The notes: generated by a model from the letters alone, not told the origin. Shown: positions 1 to 7,917, numbered from the stretch's first letter. The stretch: 11,620 nucleotides of DNA from Thermoplasmata archaeon (GCA_034667685.1 JAXDQU010000052.1:1-11620); one strand, 5' to 3'. Numbers and translations are program-made.

Positions 1-124
1 GGCTGAGGCTGAGGCTGAGGCTGAGGCTGAGGCTGAGGCTGAGGCTGAGGCTGAGGCTGAGGCTGAGGCTGAGGCTGAGGCTGAGGCTGAGGCTGAGGCT
101 GAGGCTGAGGCTGAGGCTGAGGCT
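1..124. repeat. Perfect hexamer tandem repeat (GGCTGA)n, at least 20 copies, truncated by the window start
   Basis: Bases 1-120 are 20 exact GGCTGA units followed by GGCT. The array abuts the TAG stop (123-125, minus) of the neighbouring gene. Confidence 0.97.
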
Positions 125-413
125 AGGGGTTCCGCCGCTCGGCCTGCGCGACCGCCTCAAGCGCCTTCGTGATCGTGTCGATGCGCGCATCCGCCGCGCG
201 CGCCGCGTGGAAGGGGTCGGCGAACGCCTTGGCGGGGACGCCGCGCAGGATGTCGCCCAGCGTCAGCGACCCGTCGACGGGCAGGGGGCGGTCCCCGATG
301 CGCGCGATCGCGACCTCCTTCTCGATGGGGAAGCGAAGCAGGGAGAGGCTCTCCTCAACGACGGCGTGGGCGATCTCGTTGCGGCCGGCGGATGGGAATC
401 CCTGGACTCGCAT
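123..413 (-). CDS. Small hypothetical protein (96 aa), possibly DUF2795/DUF5789-like
   Basis: ATG at 413 (MRVQGFPS...), with promoter-like AAAGCGTCTTG ending 25 nt upstream. Composition is globular. The pattern L..L.FP..K.....IGD......G..TLGDIL..VP...F..P loosely recalls DUF2795-type proteins; the family call is weak. Confidence 0.65.
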   Translation of the reverse strand: MRVQGFPSAGRNEIAHAVVEESLSLLRFPIEKEVAIARIGDRPLPVDGSLTLGDILRGVPAKAFADPFHAARAADARIDTITKALEAVAQAERRNP

Positions 414-467
414 GGCGCGTCCTGGGCAGGTTTGGCTCAAGACGCTTTCGTTCCGTGAAAAACCGGA

Positions 468-569
468 TCAGCGCCAGACGATGCTCGCCAGGATGCTGCC
501 CAGCATCGAGAGCGCGAGGACGAGCGCGACGATGCGGATGATCCAGACGCGGCGAGACGCTTTCGCCAT
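468..569 (-). CDS. 33-aa single-pass membrane miniprotein (MAKASRRVWIIRIVALVLALSMLGSILASIVWR)
   Basis: Basic N-terminus plus one hydrophobic helix. It fills the gap between two genes without overlap and has AAGGATTCTTG ending 25 nt upstream of the ATG, nearly identical to the motif before maoC. Confidence 0.65.
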   Translation of the reverse strand: MAKASRRVWIIRIVALVLALSMLGSILASIVWR

Positions 570-592
570 GCGGCGGCGATGCTGGCCGAGCC

Positions 593-820
593 TCAAGAAT
601 CCTTGCGGGAGCGCCGCTTCGCGTGGCGCAGCGCGTCGCGGAACGCGAAGCCGACGGGCAGGCCGGTGAGCAGGAGGCCGACCAGCAGCACGAGCGCCCC
701 CTCCCACGTGAGGCCGGTCACGATGAGGTCGACGAGCCCGGCCATGACCAGGAGCGCGCCCAAGGCGATCGCGACGGTCTTGCCCGCGAGGAGCAGGCCG
801 TCCTTCGTCTCGGGGCGCAC
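593..820 (-). CDS. Small membrane protein, 75 aa, two predicted TM helices
   Basis: GTG at 820 (MRPETKDGLLLAGKTVAIALGALLVMAGLVDLIVTGLTWEGALVLLVGLLLTGLPVGFAF...). Two hydrophobic segments, a basic C-terminal tail, and a promoter-like motif 24 nt upstream. Confidence 0.7.
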   Translation of the reverse strand: MRPETKDGLLLAGKTVAIALGALLVMAGLVDLIVTGLTWEGALVLLVGLLLTGLPVGFAFRDALRHAKRRSRKDS

Positions 821-843
821 GAGCGGGCGAGGCGGGACCGGGC

Positions 844-857
844 CAAAAGGGTTCTTG
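844..857. promoter_or_regulatory. Putative overlapping bidirectional promoter core (BRE/TATA-like)
   Basis: CAAAAGGGTTCTTG is the only AT-rich patch in the 61-nt divergent gap. It reads AAGGGTTCTTG ending 25 nt before ATG 882 (+) and GAACCCTTTTG ending 24 nt before GTG 820 (-). Confidence 0.5.
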
Positions 858-881
858 CGCGGCCGCCGCCCTGCGCCGCGC

Positions 882-1328
882 ATGGGCAAGTGGTTCGAGG
901 AGCTCGAGGCCGGCCAGGTCATCCACCACGACAAGGGGCGGACGATCACCGAGGCCGACAACGTGCTCTTCTGCGCGCTCACGATGAACGACCAGCCGCT
1001 GCACCTCGACGCGGAGTACGCGAAGACGACGCAGTTCGGCCAGCGCGTCGTGAACGGCCTCCTGACGCTGAGCCTGAGCGTGGGCATGAGCGTGGGCGAC
1101 CTGACCGCCGGCACGCTCGTGGCGAACCTGGGCTACTACGACGTCGAGCACACGAAGCCCGTCTTCCACGGCGACACCATCCGCGTGCGCAGCGAGGTGC
1201 TCTCGAAGCGCGCGACCTCGAAGCCCGGCCAGGGGCTCGTGGAGATCCGGCACGTCGTGACCAAGCAGGATGGCTCCGAGGTGCTCACGTACAAGCGTCG
1301 CGCGCTCGTCCGGATGCGGCCCTCGTGA
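882..1328 (+). CDS. MaoC-family (hot-dog fold) acyl-CoA dehydratase/hydratase, 148 aa
   Basis: MGKWFEELEAGQ..H..GRTITEADNVLFCALTMNDQPLHLDAEYA..TQFGQRVVNG matches the MaoC hydratase signature, followed by PVFHGDTI. Confidence 0.92.
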   Translation: MGKWFEELEAGQVIHHDKGRTITEADNVLFCALTMNDQPLHLDAEYAKTTQFGQRVVNGLLTLSLSVGMSVGDLTAGTLVANLGYYDVEHTKPVFHGDTIRVRSEVLSKRATSKPGQGLVEIRHVVTKQDGSEVLTYKRRALVRMRPS

Positions 1329-1372
1329 TGCCTGCGCCACGCTGGCTCTCCCATCCATCATCGGCTCGATCC

Positions 1373-1452
1373 CTCCAGCCACGGAGGACACAGAGGTCAC
1401 AGAGGACGAGAGAAAGTCGCCTCTGTGACCTCTGTGTCCTCCGTGGCTGGAG
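1373..1452. repeat. REP-like palindrome with perfect 33-bp arms built of 9-mer CACRGAGGW units
   Basis: 1373-1405 is the exact reverse complement of 1420-1452, with a 14-nt loop. It lies between the convergent maoC and permease stop codons. Confidence 0.95.
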
Positions 1453-1463
1453 TGGGGCGCCGA

Positions 1464-4205
1464 TCACTCCACGTGTCGCACCGCAACGGCAGGCGGCAGC
1501 CGGCTTGCGCGGATGGCGGGCCCGAGCGCAGCGAGCGCTGATAGCACCAGGAGCGCGCCCACGAAGAGGCCCAGCGTGAGCCAGGGCGGCGAGAACGAGA
1601 GGCCGGCGCGCGTGTCCATCCTGTACCACACGCTCGCCGCGACGACGAGGCCGACGGCGACCCCCACGAGCGTGCCCAGCAGCGTGGTCAACGTCGACTC
1701 CACGAGGAAGGCCAAGCGCACCTGCGTCTCCTCGAAGCCCAGCGCGCGCAGCGTGCCGATCTCGCGGCGGCGCTCGTGGACGGCGCGGCTCGCGAGGATG
1801 CCCGTGGACGAAAGGCCCACGAGCAGGCCGACGCCGAGGAACGCCTCCACCACGAGCACGAGCGGCTGCGCGGCCTGGACCTCTGCCTGGTGGATCGCGC
1901 GGAAGCTCTGGAAGTCGAGCCCCTGCTCCTGGTAGACGGCGGTCAGGCGCGCCGCGACGTCGTCGGGGTCCGCGCCCGGCGCCGCGCGCACCAGCACGAC
2001 GCGGCTCGTGCGCAGGCCCAGCGCGTCGGAGTCGTTGGCCGAGATCAGCAGGCCCAGCTCCCGCGTGCGCACGTAGCCCGCGAAGGCATAGGTGCGCGTC
2101 ACGCCCAGCGGCGCGTGGAGCGTGACGGGCTCGCCCAGCGTCGCGTTGAAGAAGCGCTGCGGGTCGGGCCGGTCGAAGTCCGCCGCCGCGATGGCCTCGC
2201 CGCGCGCGATCGCGGTCCAGGCTTCGCGGTCCGTGGCATAGCGCGCGTCGCGCTGGGAGAATGATAGCGTGACGTTCTGGGCGAAGCCGGGCGTCACGCC
2301 CCAGACGGCGCCGAAGCCGCCCACCGCGCCCTCGGGCGTCGTGACGTTGAGCCCCGCGCGCGAGAGGCGCGGCAGGAGCTGCGCGTCGGCGACGTCGTGC
2401 GACAGGCCCGCGGGGATCGGCGGGTCGAGCGCGTTGAACGGCAGCGGCGAGGTGCCCTCGATCTGATAGCCTCCGAGGTCGTCGGGCTGGCGCGCGGCGA
2501 CGAGGCTGAAGAGCGTGCCCATCACCGTGACGACCATGACGACGATCGCGATCATCGCCATCGTGAGCCCGGCCGCGCGGCGCTTCGCCATGAGATATCG
2601 GGCGGCCACGAGCACCGAGCCCTGGCCGCGCGTCCCGCGGGCAAGCGCGTCGTAGGGACGCGGCGAGGCGACGGCCAGCGCAACGAGCCCGAGCGCGAGG
2701 AGCAGGCCGCGCCCGAGCGTGTAGAGCGGATCGTACGCGCCGCGCTCGCGCGGGAACGTGGACGTGAAGAGCGTGTAGACGAGGAGCGCCGCGCCGGCCA
2801 CGAGCGGGACGAGCGCGGCGCGCCGCCAGCCCAAGGCGACGAGGGCGACCGAAGCACCCGCGAGGACGAGGGGCCACGCGGCGAGGCCGCCGAAGGGCAG
2901 CAGCAGGAGCGCCAGGCCGCCTCCCGCGAGCACGAGCGCGCCCGCGAGGCCGACGCGCCGCTCGCCCTTGGGGTCCTCGGCCACGCCGCGGATGGCGCGC
3001 GAAGGATCGAGCCTGGCGAAGCGCGTGGCGCCCAGCGCGATGGTGGCGAGCGGCACGAGCACGCCGATGGCGAGCGCGACGAGCAGCGTCCCGGGCTGGA
3101 CGGTGGTGGCGACGTAGCGCCGGAACTGGTCGGGCACGCGCGGCAGGAGCAGCGCCACCACACCGAAGAGCGCGCCGAGCCCGAGCGCGAGCCCCGCGAG
3201 CGCGGCGGCCAGCGTGTAGTAGAGCCCTTCGAGCGTCATGGTGAGCGCGACCTCGCCGCGCGTCAGGCCCATCGCGCGCATGACGCCCAGCTCCAGGCGG
3301 CGCTCCTCGACCAGGGCTGATAGCAAAGCGTAGGCGAGCAGGACGGCCGCGATGAGCGTGAAGCTCGTCATGGCGAGCACGAAGCCGAGCACGACGTTCT
3401 GGCTGCTGCGCGTCTCCTGGACGATGGTCGCCTTGTCGGCGCGGACGCTGAACGTGCGGTCGCCGCCCGCGGTCAGGTGATCGCGCATCGCGGAGGCGAC
3501 GCCCTGCGCGTCGTTCCGCACGGTGAAGAGGAGCTGCGTGGCCTGGCCGGGCGAGCCCGTCGCGTTCCGCATGGCGTCGAGCGGCAGGAGCGCGGTGTCG
3601 GTGCCCACGTAGCCGCTGCGTCCTTCCTGCACGGCGATGCCCGCGACGCGCGCGTGGAGCACGCGGATGCGAAGCTCGCCCGCGAGCGCGTTGCGCAGCA
3701 CCGGCACGCGCAGCGTCACGTCGTCGCCCACCTTCACCGCCAGCGCGTCCGCCAGCGCGCTCGACAAGACGACCTTGCCCGCGCCCGGCTCCGCGACCGG
3801 GACGCCCGCCGAGGTGCGCAGCGGGCCGAGCACGGCGGGCTCGGCGGGATCGACGCCACGCAGCACCACGTTGGAGACGGCGTGCTGCCCGTCGGGCGCC
3901 GTGACGCTGCCCGGCACGGTGAGCGTGGGCACGACCTGCGGGTGGGCCGCGGCCACCTCGGGCAGCGATAGCAATTCCGCGCTCTTGTTGGGCGCGAAGG
4001 GCACCGCGCCCGTGACGACGACGTCGACCGCGCCGAACTGCGCGATGGCGCCGCGCTCGACGGCCGCGCTGATGGTGTCGCCCATGCCGAGGCCCGCGAC
4101 GAGGACCGCCGTGGCGATGAGCAGGCCCAGGATCGCCCGGATCGTCTGCCCCTTGTGGCGCAGCCCGTAGCGGAACGCGAGGCGCGCGAGGAAAGCGGGC
4201 TCCAC
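1464..4205 (-). CDS. ABC transporter permease, FtsX/MacB-like, two fused modules (913 aa)
   Basis: Two FtsX signatures (ERRLELGVMRAMG and ERRREIGTLRALG), two large extracytoplasmic regions, many TM helices and a C-terminal PAIRASRLPPAVAVR motif. GTG 4205 lies 1 nt after the ATPase stop, with GGAGG upstream. Confidence 0.92.
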   Translation of the reverse strand: MEPAFLARLAFRYGLRHKGQTIRAILGLLIATAVLVAGLGMGDTISAAVERGAIAQFGAVDVVVTGAVPFAPNKSAELLSLPEVAAAHPQVVPTLTVPGSVTAPDGQHAVSNVVLRGVDPAEPAVLGPLRTSAGVPVAEPGAGKVVLSSALADALAVKVGDDVTLRVPVLRNALAGELRIRVLHARVAGIAVQEGRSGYVGTDTALLPLDAMRNATGSPGQATQLLFTVRNDAQGVASAMRDHLTAGGDRTFSVRADKATIVQETRSSQNVVLGFVLAMTSFTLIAAVLLAYALLSALVEERRLELGVMRAMGLTRGEVALTMTLEGLYYTLAAALAGLALGLGALFGVVALLLPRVPDQFRRYVATTVQPGTLLVALAIGVLVPLATIALGATRFARLDPSRAIRGVAEDPKGERRVGLAGALVLAGGGLALLLLPFGGLAAWPLVLAGASVALVALGWRRAALVPLVAGAALLVYTLFTSTFPRERGAYDPLYTLGRGLLLALGLVALAVASPRPYDALARGTRGQGSVLVAARYLMAKRRAAGLTMAMIAIVVMVVTVMGTLFSLVAARQPDDLGGYQIEGTSPLPFNALDPPIPAGLSHDVADAQLLPRLSRAGLNVTTPEGAVGGFGAVWGVTPGFAQNVTLSFSQRDARYATDREAWTAIARGEAIAAADFDRPDPQRFFNATLGEPVTLHAPLGVTRTYAFAGYVRTRELGLLISANDSDALGLRTSRVVLVRAAPGADPDDVAARLTAVYQEQGLDFQSFRAIHQAEVQAAQPLVLVVEAFLGVGLLVGLSSTGILASRAVHERRREIGTLRALGFEETQVRLAFLVESTLTTLLGTLVGVAVGLVVAASVWYRMDTRAGLSFSPPWLTLGLFVGALLVLSALAALGPAIRASRLPPAVAVRHVE

Positions 4206-4206
4206 G

Positions 4207-4887
4207 TCAGCCTCCGACCACGAGGCCCGACTCCATCCTGACGACGCGCGTGCAGCGCTCCGCGACCCGCGGGTCGTGCGTGACGACGACGAGCGTCTGG
4301 CCGCGCTCGCGGTTCGCCGCCACGAGAAGATCGAGCACGTCGGCCGCGCGCTCCGCGTCGAGGTTGCCGGTGGGCTCGTCCGCGAACACGACGCGCGGCT
4401 GCGGCGCGAGGGCGCGGGCGATGGCGACGCGCTGCTGCTCGCCTCCTGATAGCTCGTTGGGCAGCCGGCGCTCCTTCCCCGCGAGGCCCAGCCCCGCGAG
4501 CGCCGCACGCGCCACCTCGCGGGCGCCGCGCTCCTTCTCGCCGCGCGTGAGCAGCGGGAGCATGACGTTCTCCTCCGCCGTGAGCACCGGGATCAGGTTG
4601 TAGCTCTGGAAGACGAAGCCGGTGGTCCGCGCGCGGTGGCGCGTCAGCTCGGGCTCGCGCAGCCCCGCGAGCGAGCGGCCCGCGAGCAGCACGTCGCCGC
4701 TCGTGGGCCGATCGAGCCCCGAGAGGCAGTTGAGCAGCGTCGTCTTGCCGCAGCCCGACGCGCCCATGATCGCGACCATCTCGCCTTCGCGCGCGACGAA
4801 GTCCACGCCGCGCAGCGCCGGGGCCGCCGCGTCGCCCGCGCCGTACACGCGCGTGACGTGGCGGGCTTCGACGACCGGGTCGCGCAT
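4207..4887 (-). CDS. ABC transporter ATP-binding protein, LolD/MacB/SalX type (226 aa)
   Basis: Walker A GASGCGKTT, Q-loop GFVFQSYNL, signature LSGGEQQRVAIARAL, Walker B/D-loop FADEPTGNLD and H-loop VVTHD. Confidence 0.96.
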   Translation of the reverse strand: MRDPVVEARHVTRVYGAGDAAAPALRGVDFVAREGEMVAIMGASGCGKTTLLNCLSGLDRPTSGDVLLAGRSLAGLREPELTRHRARTTGFVFQSYNLIPVLTAEENVMLPLLTRGEKERGAREVARAALAGLGLAGKERRLPNELSGGEQQRVAIARALAPQPRVVFADEPTGNLDAERAADVLDLLVAANRERGQTLVVVTHDPRVAERCTRVVRMESGLVVGG

Positions 4888-4938
4888 CGCGCTGCGGAGG
4901 CGCCTTTCCGGCTTGAGGTTTGGTGGCGCCCCATCCTT

Positions 4939-5014
4939 CAGCCACAGAGGACACGGAGGTCACAGAGGGGCGAAAAGAGCCGTCCTCTGTGTTCCTCCGT
5001 GTCCTCTGTGGCTG
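4939..5014. repeat. Second REP-like palindrome of the CACRGAGGW family
   Basis: CAGCCACAGAGGACACGGAGG (4939-4959) pairs perfectly with 4994-5014. After a mismatch/bulge, CACAGAGG (4961-4968) pairs with 4984-4991. It lies between the divergent ABC ATPase and lyase genes. Confidence 0.93.
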
Positions 5015-5072
5015 GCGTGGAGGCGAGAGCATCCCGCAACGCTCATCCCAGCCCACCTGCGATCACGGCCTC

Positions 5073-5951
5073 GTGGCCGTCGACATCCGCCGCTCGGTCC
5101 TCTTCACCCCCGGCGACCAGGAGAAGCGCATGCTCAAGGCGCTGACGCTCCCGGCCGACCTCGTGTGCTTCGACCTGGAGGACGCCGTCGTCCCCGAGGC
5201 GAAGGAGCCGGCGCGCCAGCTCGTGAAGCAGGTGCTGATGGCGAACCCGCAGGCGCCCGGCCAGCCCGACCGCTGCGTGCGCATCAACGCGCTCCAGAGC
5301 GACGAGTGGCGCAGCGACCTCACCGTGGTCATGGAGGCGCACCCGCAGGCGCTCATGGTGCCGAAGGCGGACGATCCGAGCGCGTTGGCGCGCCTCTCGC
5401 AGGAGCTGGCGGACGAGGAGTCGCGCGTCGGGCTGCACCCGGGCGCGACGCGGCTCTACCTCATCGTCGAGACGGCGCTGGGCGTGCTGCGCGCGCTGGA
5501 GACGGGCATCGCGGCCGGGCAGCGCCTCGCGGGGCTGCTCTTCGGCGCGGAAGACCTGGCGGCCGACGCGGGGCTCGTGCGCACCGCGAGCAGCGTCGAG
5601 GTGCTCTACGCGCGCAGCCACGTCTCGCTCGTCGCCGCCGCGCTGGACGTGCCGTGCATCGACCAGGTCTATCCCAACTTCCAGGACGCGGCCGGGCTGG
5701 AGAACGAGGCGCGGCAGGCGCGCACGCTGGGCTACTCGGGCAAGATGGCGATCCATCCCGACCAGCTCGCGCCGATCCACCGCGCGTTCACGCCCACGCC
5801 GCCCGAGGTCGAGGCCGCGGTGAAGCTCCTCCACGCCGCGCAGGGGCAGCCCGGCGCGTTCCGGCACGAGGGACGCATGATCGACGCGCCCCTGCTGGAG
5901 CAGGCGCGGCGCACGGTGAGCATCGCCCGGCGCGCGGGCATGGTGCGGTAG
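5073..5951 (+). CDS. CitE/HpcH-HpaI family CoA-ester lyase (citryl-/malyl-/citramalyl-CoA lyase-like), 292 aa
   Basis: Motifs RRSVLFTPG, DLEDAV, VRIN, PK, IVETALG, FGAEDL, GYSGKMAIHPDQ and GRMIDAP. Start placed at GTG 5073 because the upstream ORF extension only translates the palindrome. Confidence 0.93.
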   Translation: MAVDIRRSVLFTPGDQEKRMLKALTLPADLVCFDLEDAVVPEAKEPARQLVKQVLMANPQAPGQPDRCVRINALQSDEWRSDLTVVMEAHPQALMVPKADDPSALARLSQELADEESRVGLHPGATRLYLIVETALGVLRALETGIAAGQRLAGLLFGAEDLAADAGLVRTASSVEVLYARSHVSLVAAALDVPCIDQVYPNFQDAAGLENEARQARTLGYSGKMAIHPDQLAPIHRAFTPTPPEVEAAVKLLHAAQGQPGAFRHEGRMIDAPLLEQARRTVSIARRAGMVR

Positions 5952-5953
5952 CG

Positions 5954-6490
5954 CTACGGCGGCGTCGCGAGCGTCGGCACCGCGATCGTGGGCGTCGTGA
6001 CCGCGACCCCGCTGGCGGCGGGATGCGCCTTCGCCACGAGCGCGTCGTAGGCCTGGTCGGCGGCGCTCTTCTCCTGCGGCGTGGTCTGGTCGTTCCAGCG
6101 CATCTTGGCCAGGGCGCTCGGGTCGCCCACGGTCTCCACGAGGACCTCGTCGAGCACGTCGCGCGGCGTCCCGTGGATGGAGAGGATCGTGACCTGCTTC
6201 TGGTCGATCATCTGCGCGATGCCCGCGGCGTTCCAGTCGCGGCGGTCGAAGTCGACGAGGAGCGTCTGGTCGCCCACGCGCAGGTGAACCTTCAGGAACG
6301 CGGGCGTGGGATCGTAGCCGTCCACGCTGCCCGTGACGTCCTTGGGCTGCTGCGGCTGCACCAGGGTGCACCCGGCCAGGCCCGGAGCGAGAGCGAGGGC
6401 GACGACGAGCGCCGCCCGAGCCCGCAGGCGATGGCGGCGCTCGTTGGGGAGCGGCGTGAGGAGCGCGAGGGTGACGAGCGCGGCGCGCAT
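5954..6490 (-). CDS. Putative lipoprotein, 178 aa
   Basis: Hydrophobic stretch ending in lipobox LAGC, a polar mature domain and a Thr/Pro-rich tail. Promoter-like AAGGGGCCTTG ends 26 nt upstream of ATG 6490. Its stop converges on the lyase stop with a 2-nt gap. Confidence 0.75.
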   Translation of the reverse strand: MRAALVTLALLTPLPNERRHRLRARAALVVALALAPGLAGCTLVQPQQPKDVTGSVDGYDPTPAFLKVHLRVGDQTLLVDFDRRDWNAAGIAQMIDQKQVTILSIHGTPRDVLDEVLVETVGDPSALAKMRWNDQTTPQEKSAADQAYDALVAKAHPAASGVAVTTPTIAVPTLATPP

Positions 6491-6588
6491 CGGGCGGGCT
6501 CTGCGCGGACCCCTACAAGGCCCCTTGCCCAGGGACGCCGGGGCCCGGGGGTCGAAACCATTTCATCCCCGGAGCGCGAAGCGGCCCC

Positions 6589-7917
6589 GTGCGCCGGGGC
6601 TGGCCGATCCTGATTCTGGTGCTTGCCCTGCCCACGGGCGCAGCCCAGGCCTTGGTCTGGCAGGACCAGGTCGTTCCGGTCAACGACGACGTGATCGTGT
6701 ACCCCAACGGCACGCTCACCATCGGCCCGGGCACGGTCGTCACCGGGACGGGCCACATCGTCGTCTGGGGGAGCCTCGTGGTCGAGGGCGACCCGGCGCG
6801 GCGCGCGGAGATCGCGGTCCCGATCCTGCTCCTGGGCAACGGCACGAGCACCCTGGAGCACGCGCGCGTCTGGGGCGTCCACGGCCCCGCGATCACGCTG
6901 CGGAACGGCACGCTGCTCGCGCACGACGCGGTGCTGGAGGCCGACGACGTGGGGCTCGACGCGGGCCACGGGGCCCATGCCTCGCTCGCCGACGTCACCC
7001 TGCGCGACAACGCGGGCGCCGCGCTCCGGGTGTCGGGCGACGCCCGCGTGGAAGTCGCGCGGGCCACGCTGGAGCGCAACGGCCGCGGCGTCGAGGTCGC
7101 CTCGGGGAGCCTGCTCGTCTCCGACTCGATCTTCCGCGGCGACACGCCGCAGGTGGACGTCGCGTGGGACGGCGGGGCGCTCGACGCCACGTTCCTGCGC
7201 AACGACCTCGCCGCGCTCCACCCCACCGGCGGCCCGCTCGTCGTGCTGCGCGACGGCAACGCGACCGGCCCGGGCCCCACCGTCTCGTTCGCGCAGGACC
7301 GGCTCCACGACGCCGCGGTGGCGATCCTCGTGAGCGGTCCGGGCCCCGCGCTGCGCAGCGAGAACGACACGATCGACGCGAACGCCGTGGGCCTCTCGCT
7401 CCACGCGGGGACCGCGCGCCTGGTCCGCGCCACGCTGGGCAACGCGCGCAACCTGGAGGGCGCCGACTCGGGCGACGTCGCGCTGGAGAACGTGACCTAC
7501 CTCGCGGACGCCGCAGCCACGCTCCCCACGCAGGTCCCGGTCGGGTTCCCCTGGGCCGCGGTCGGCCTGGGCGCGGTCGTGCTCGCCATCCTCGGCCTCG
7601 TCATCGCGCAACCCCTCGTCAAGCGCCGCCTCCCCCAGCCTCCCCCCGGCTCCCCCGGCCTCCCCCCACCTCCCCTCGTCCCGCACGTCCTCCCGGCGCT
7701 CACCCCGCACGAGATGCGCATCCTGCGCGACGTCGCGGCGAACCCGGGCAGCGCGCAGGCGGCCATCGCGGCGCGGCTCGGTGTCACGCGCCAGGCGCTC
7801 CACTACCACGTCAAGAAGCTGGAGACGAAGGGGCTCATCGTCAAGGTCGCCAAGGGGCGCGAGACGCGCTGCCACCTGGCGCCGGGTGTGGCCGAGGCGC
7901 TGTTGTCCCTCGAGTGA
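6589..7917 (+). CDS. Membrane-anchored winged-HTH transcriptional regulator with an extracellular parallel beta-helix-like domain (442 aa)
   Basis: Signal peptide (MRRGWPILILVLALPTGAAQA), beta-helix-like repeats (TLRDNAGAAL, TLERNGRGV, TIDANAVGL), a TM segment (FPWAAVGLGAVVLAILGLVIA), a Pro-rich linker and a C-terminal wHTH (LTPHEMRILRDV..NPGSAQAAIAARLGVTRQALHYHVKKLETKGLI..VAKGRE). Confidence 0.85.
   Translation: MRRGWPILILVLALPTGAAQALVWQDQVVPVNDDVIVYPNGTLTIGPGTVVTGTGHIVVWGSLVVEGDPARRAEIAVPILLLGNGTSTLEHARVWGVHGPAITLRNGTLLAHDAVLEADDVGLDAGHGAHASLADVTLRDNAGAALRVSGDARVEVARATLERNGRGVEVASGSLLVSDSIFRGDTPQVDVAWDGGALDATFLRNDLAALHPTGGPLVVLRDGNATGPGPTVSFAQDRLHDAAVAILVSGPGPALRSENDTIDANAVGLSLHAGTARLVRATLGNARNLEGADSGDVALENVTYLADAAATLPTQVPVGFPWAAVGLGAVVLAILGLVIAQPLVKRRLPQPPPGSPGLPPPPLVPHVLPALTPHEMRILRDVAANPGSAQAAIAARLGVTRQALHYHVKKLETKGLIVKVAKGRETRCHLAPGVAEALLSLE

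Noticed and set aside
1-124. Hexamer array as a coding (Ala-Glu)n or (Leu-Arg)n tract
   Set aside because: Plus-strand frames would run antisense into the 123-413 gene, and on the minus strand the array follows that gene's stop. It cannot be fully excluded without upstream sequence.
579-881. N-terminal extension of MaoC to 249 aa
   Set aside because: Antisense to the membrane-protein gene. The MaoC domain begins at ATG 882.
4206-4508. N-terminal extension of the permease to 1014 aa
   Set aside because: Overlaps the ATPase gene in another frame. GTG 4205 has an SD and follows the ATPase stop.
1464-4887. Calling the ABC pair macAB or lolCDE
   Set aside because: No adaptor or other partner genes are present. 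The family is broad and the substrate cannot be inferred.
1373-5014. Repeats as a CRISPR array
   Set aside because: No regularly spaced direct repeats with unique spacers and no cas genes. These are isolated palindromes.
4920-5072. 51-aa N-terminal extension of the lyase given in the ORF track
   Set aside because: It translates the palindrome (ATEDTEVTE...). Family similarity starts at RRSVLF, and a promoter-like motif precedes GTG 5073.
7629-7683. C-rich tract as a separate DNA element (G-quadruplex on the minus strand)
   Set aside because: Adequately explained by the poly-proline linker codons of the regulator.
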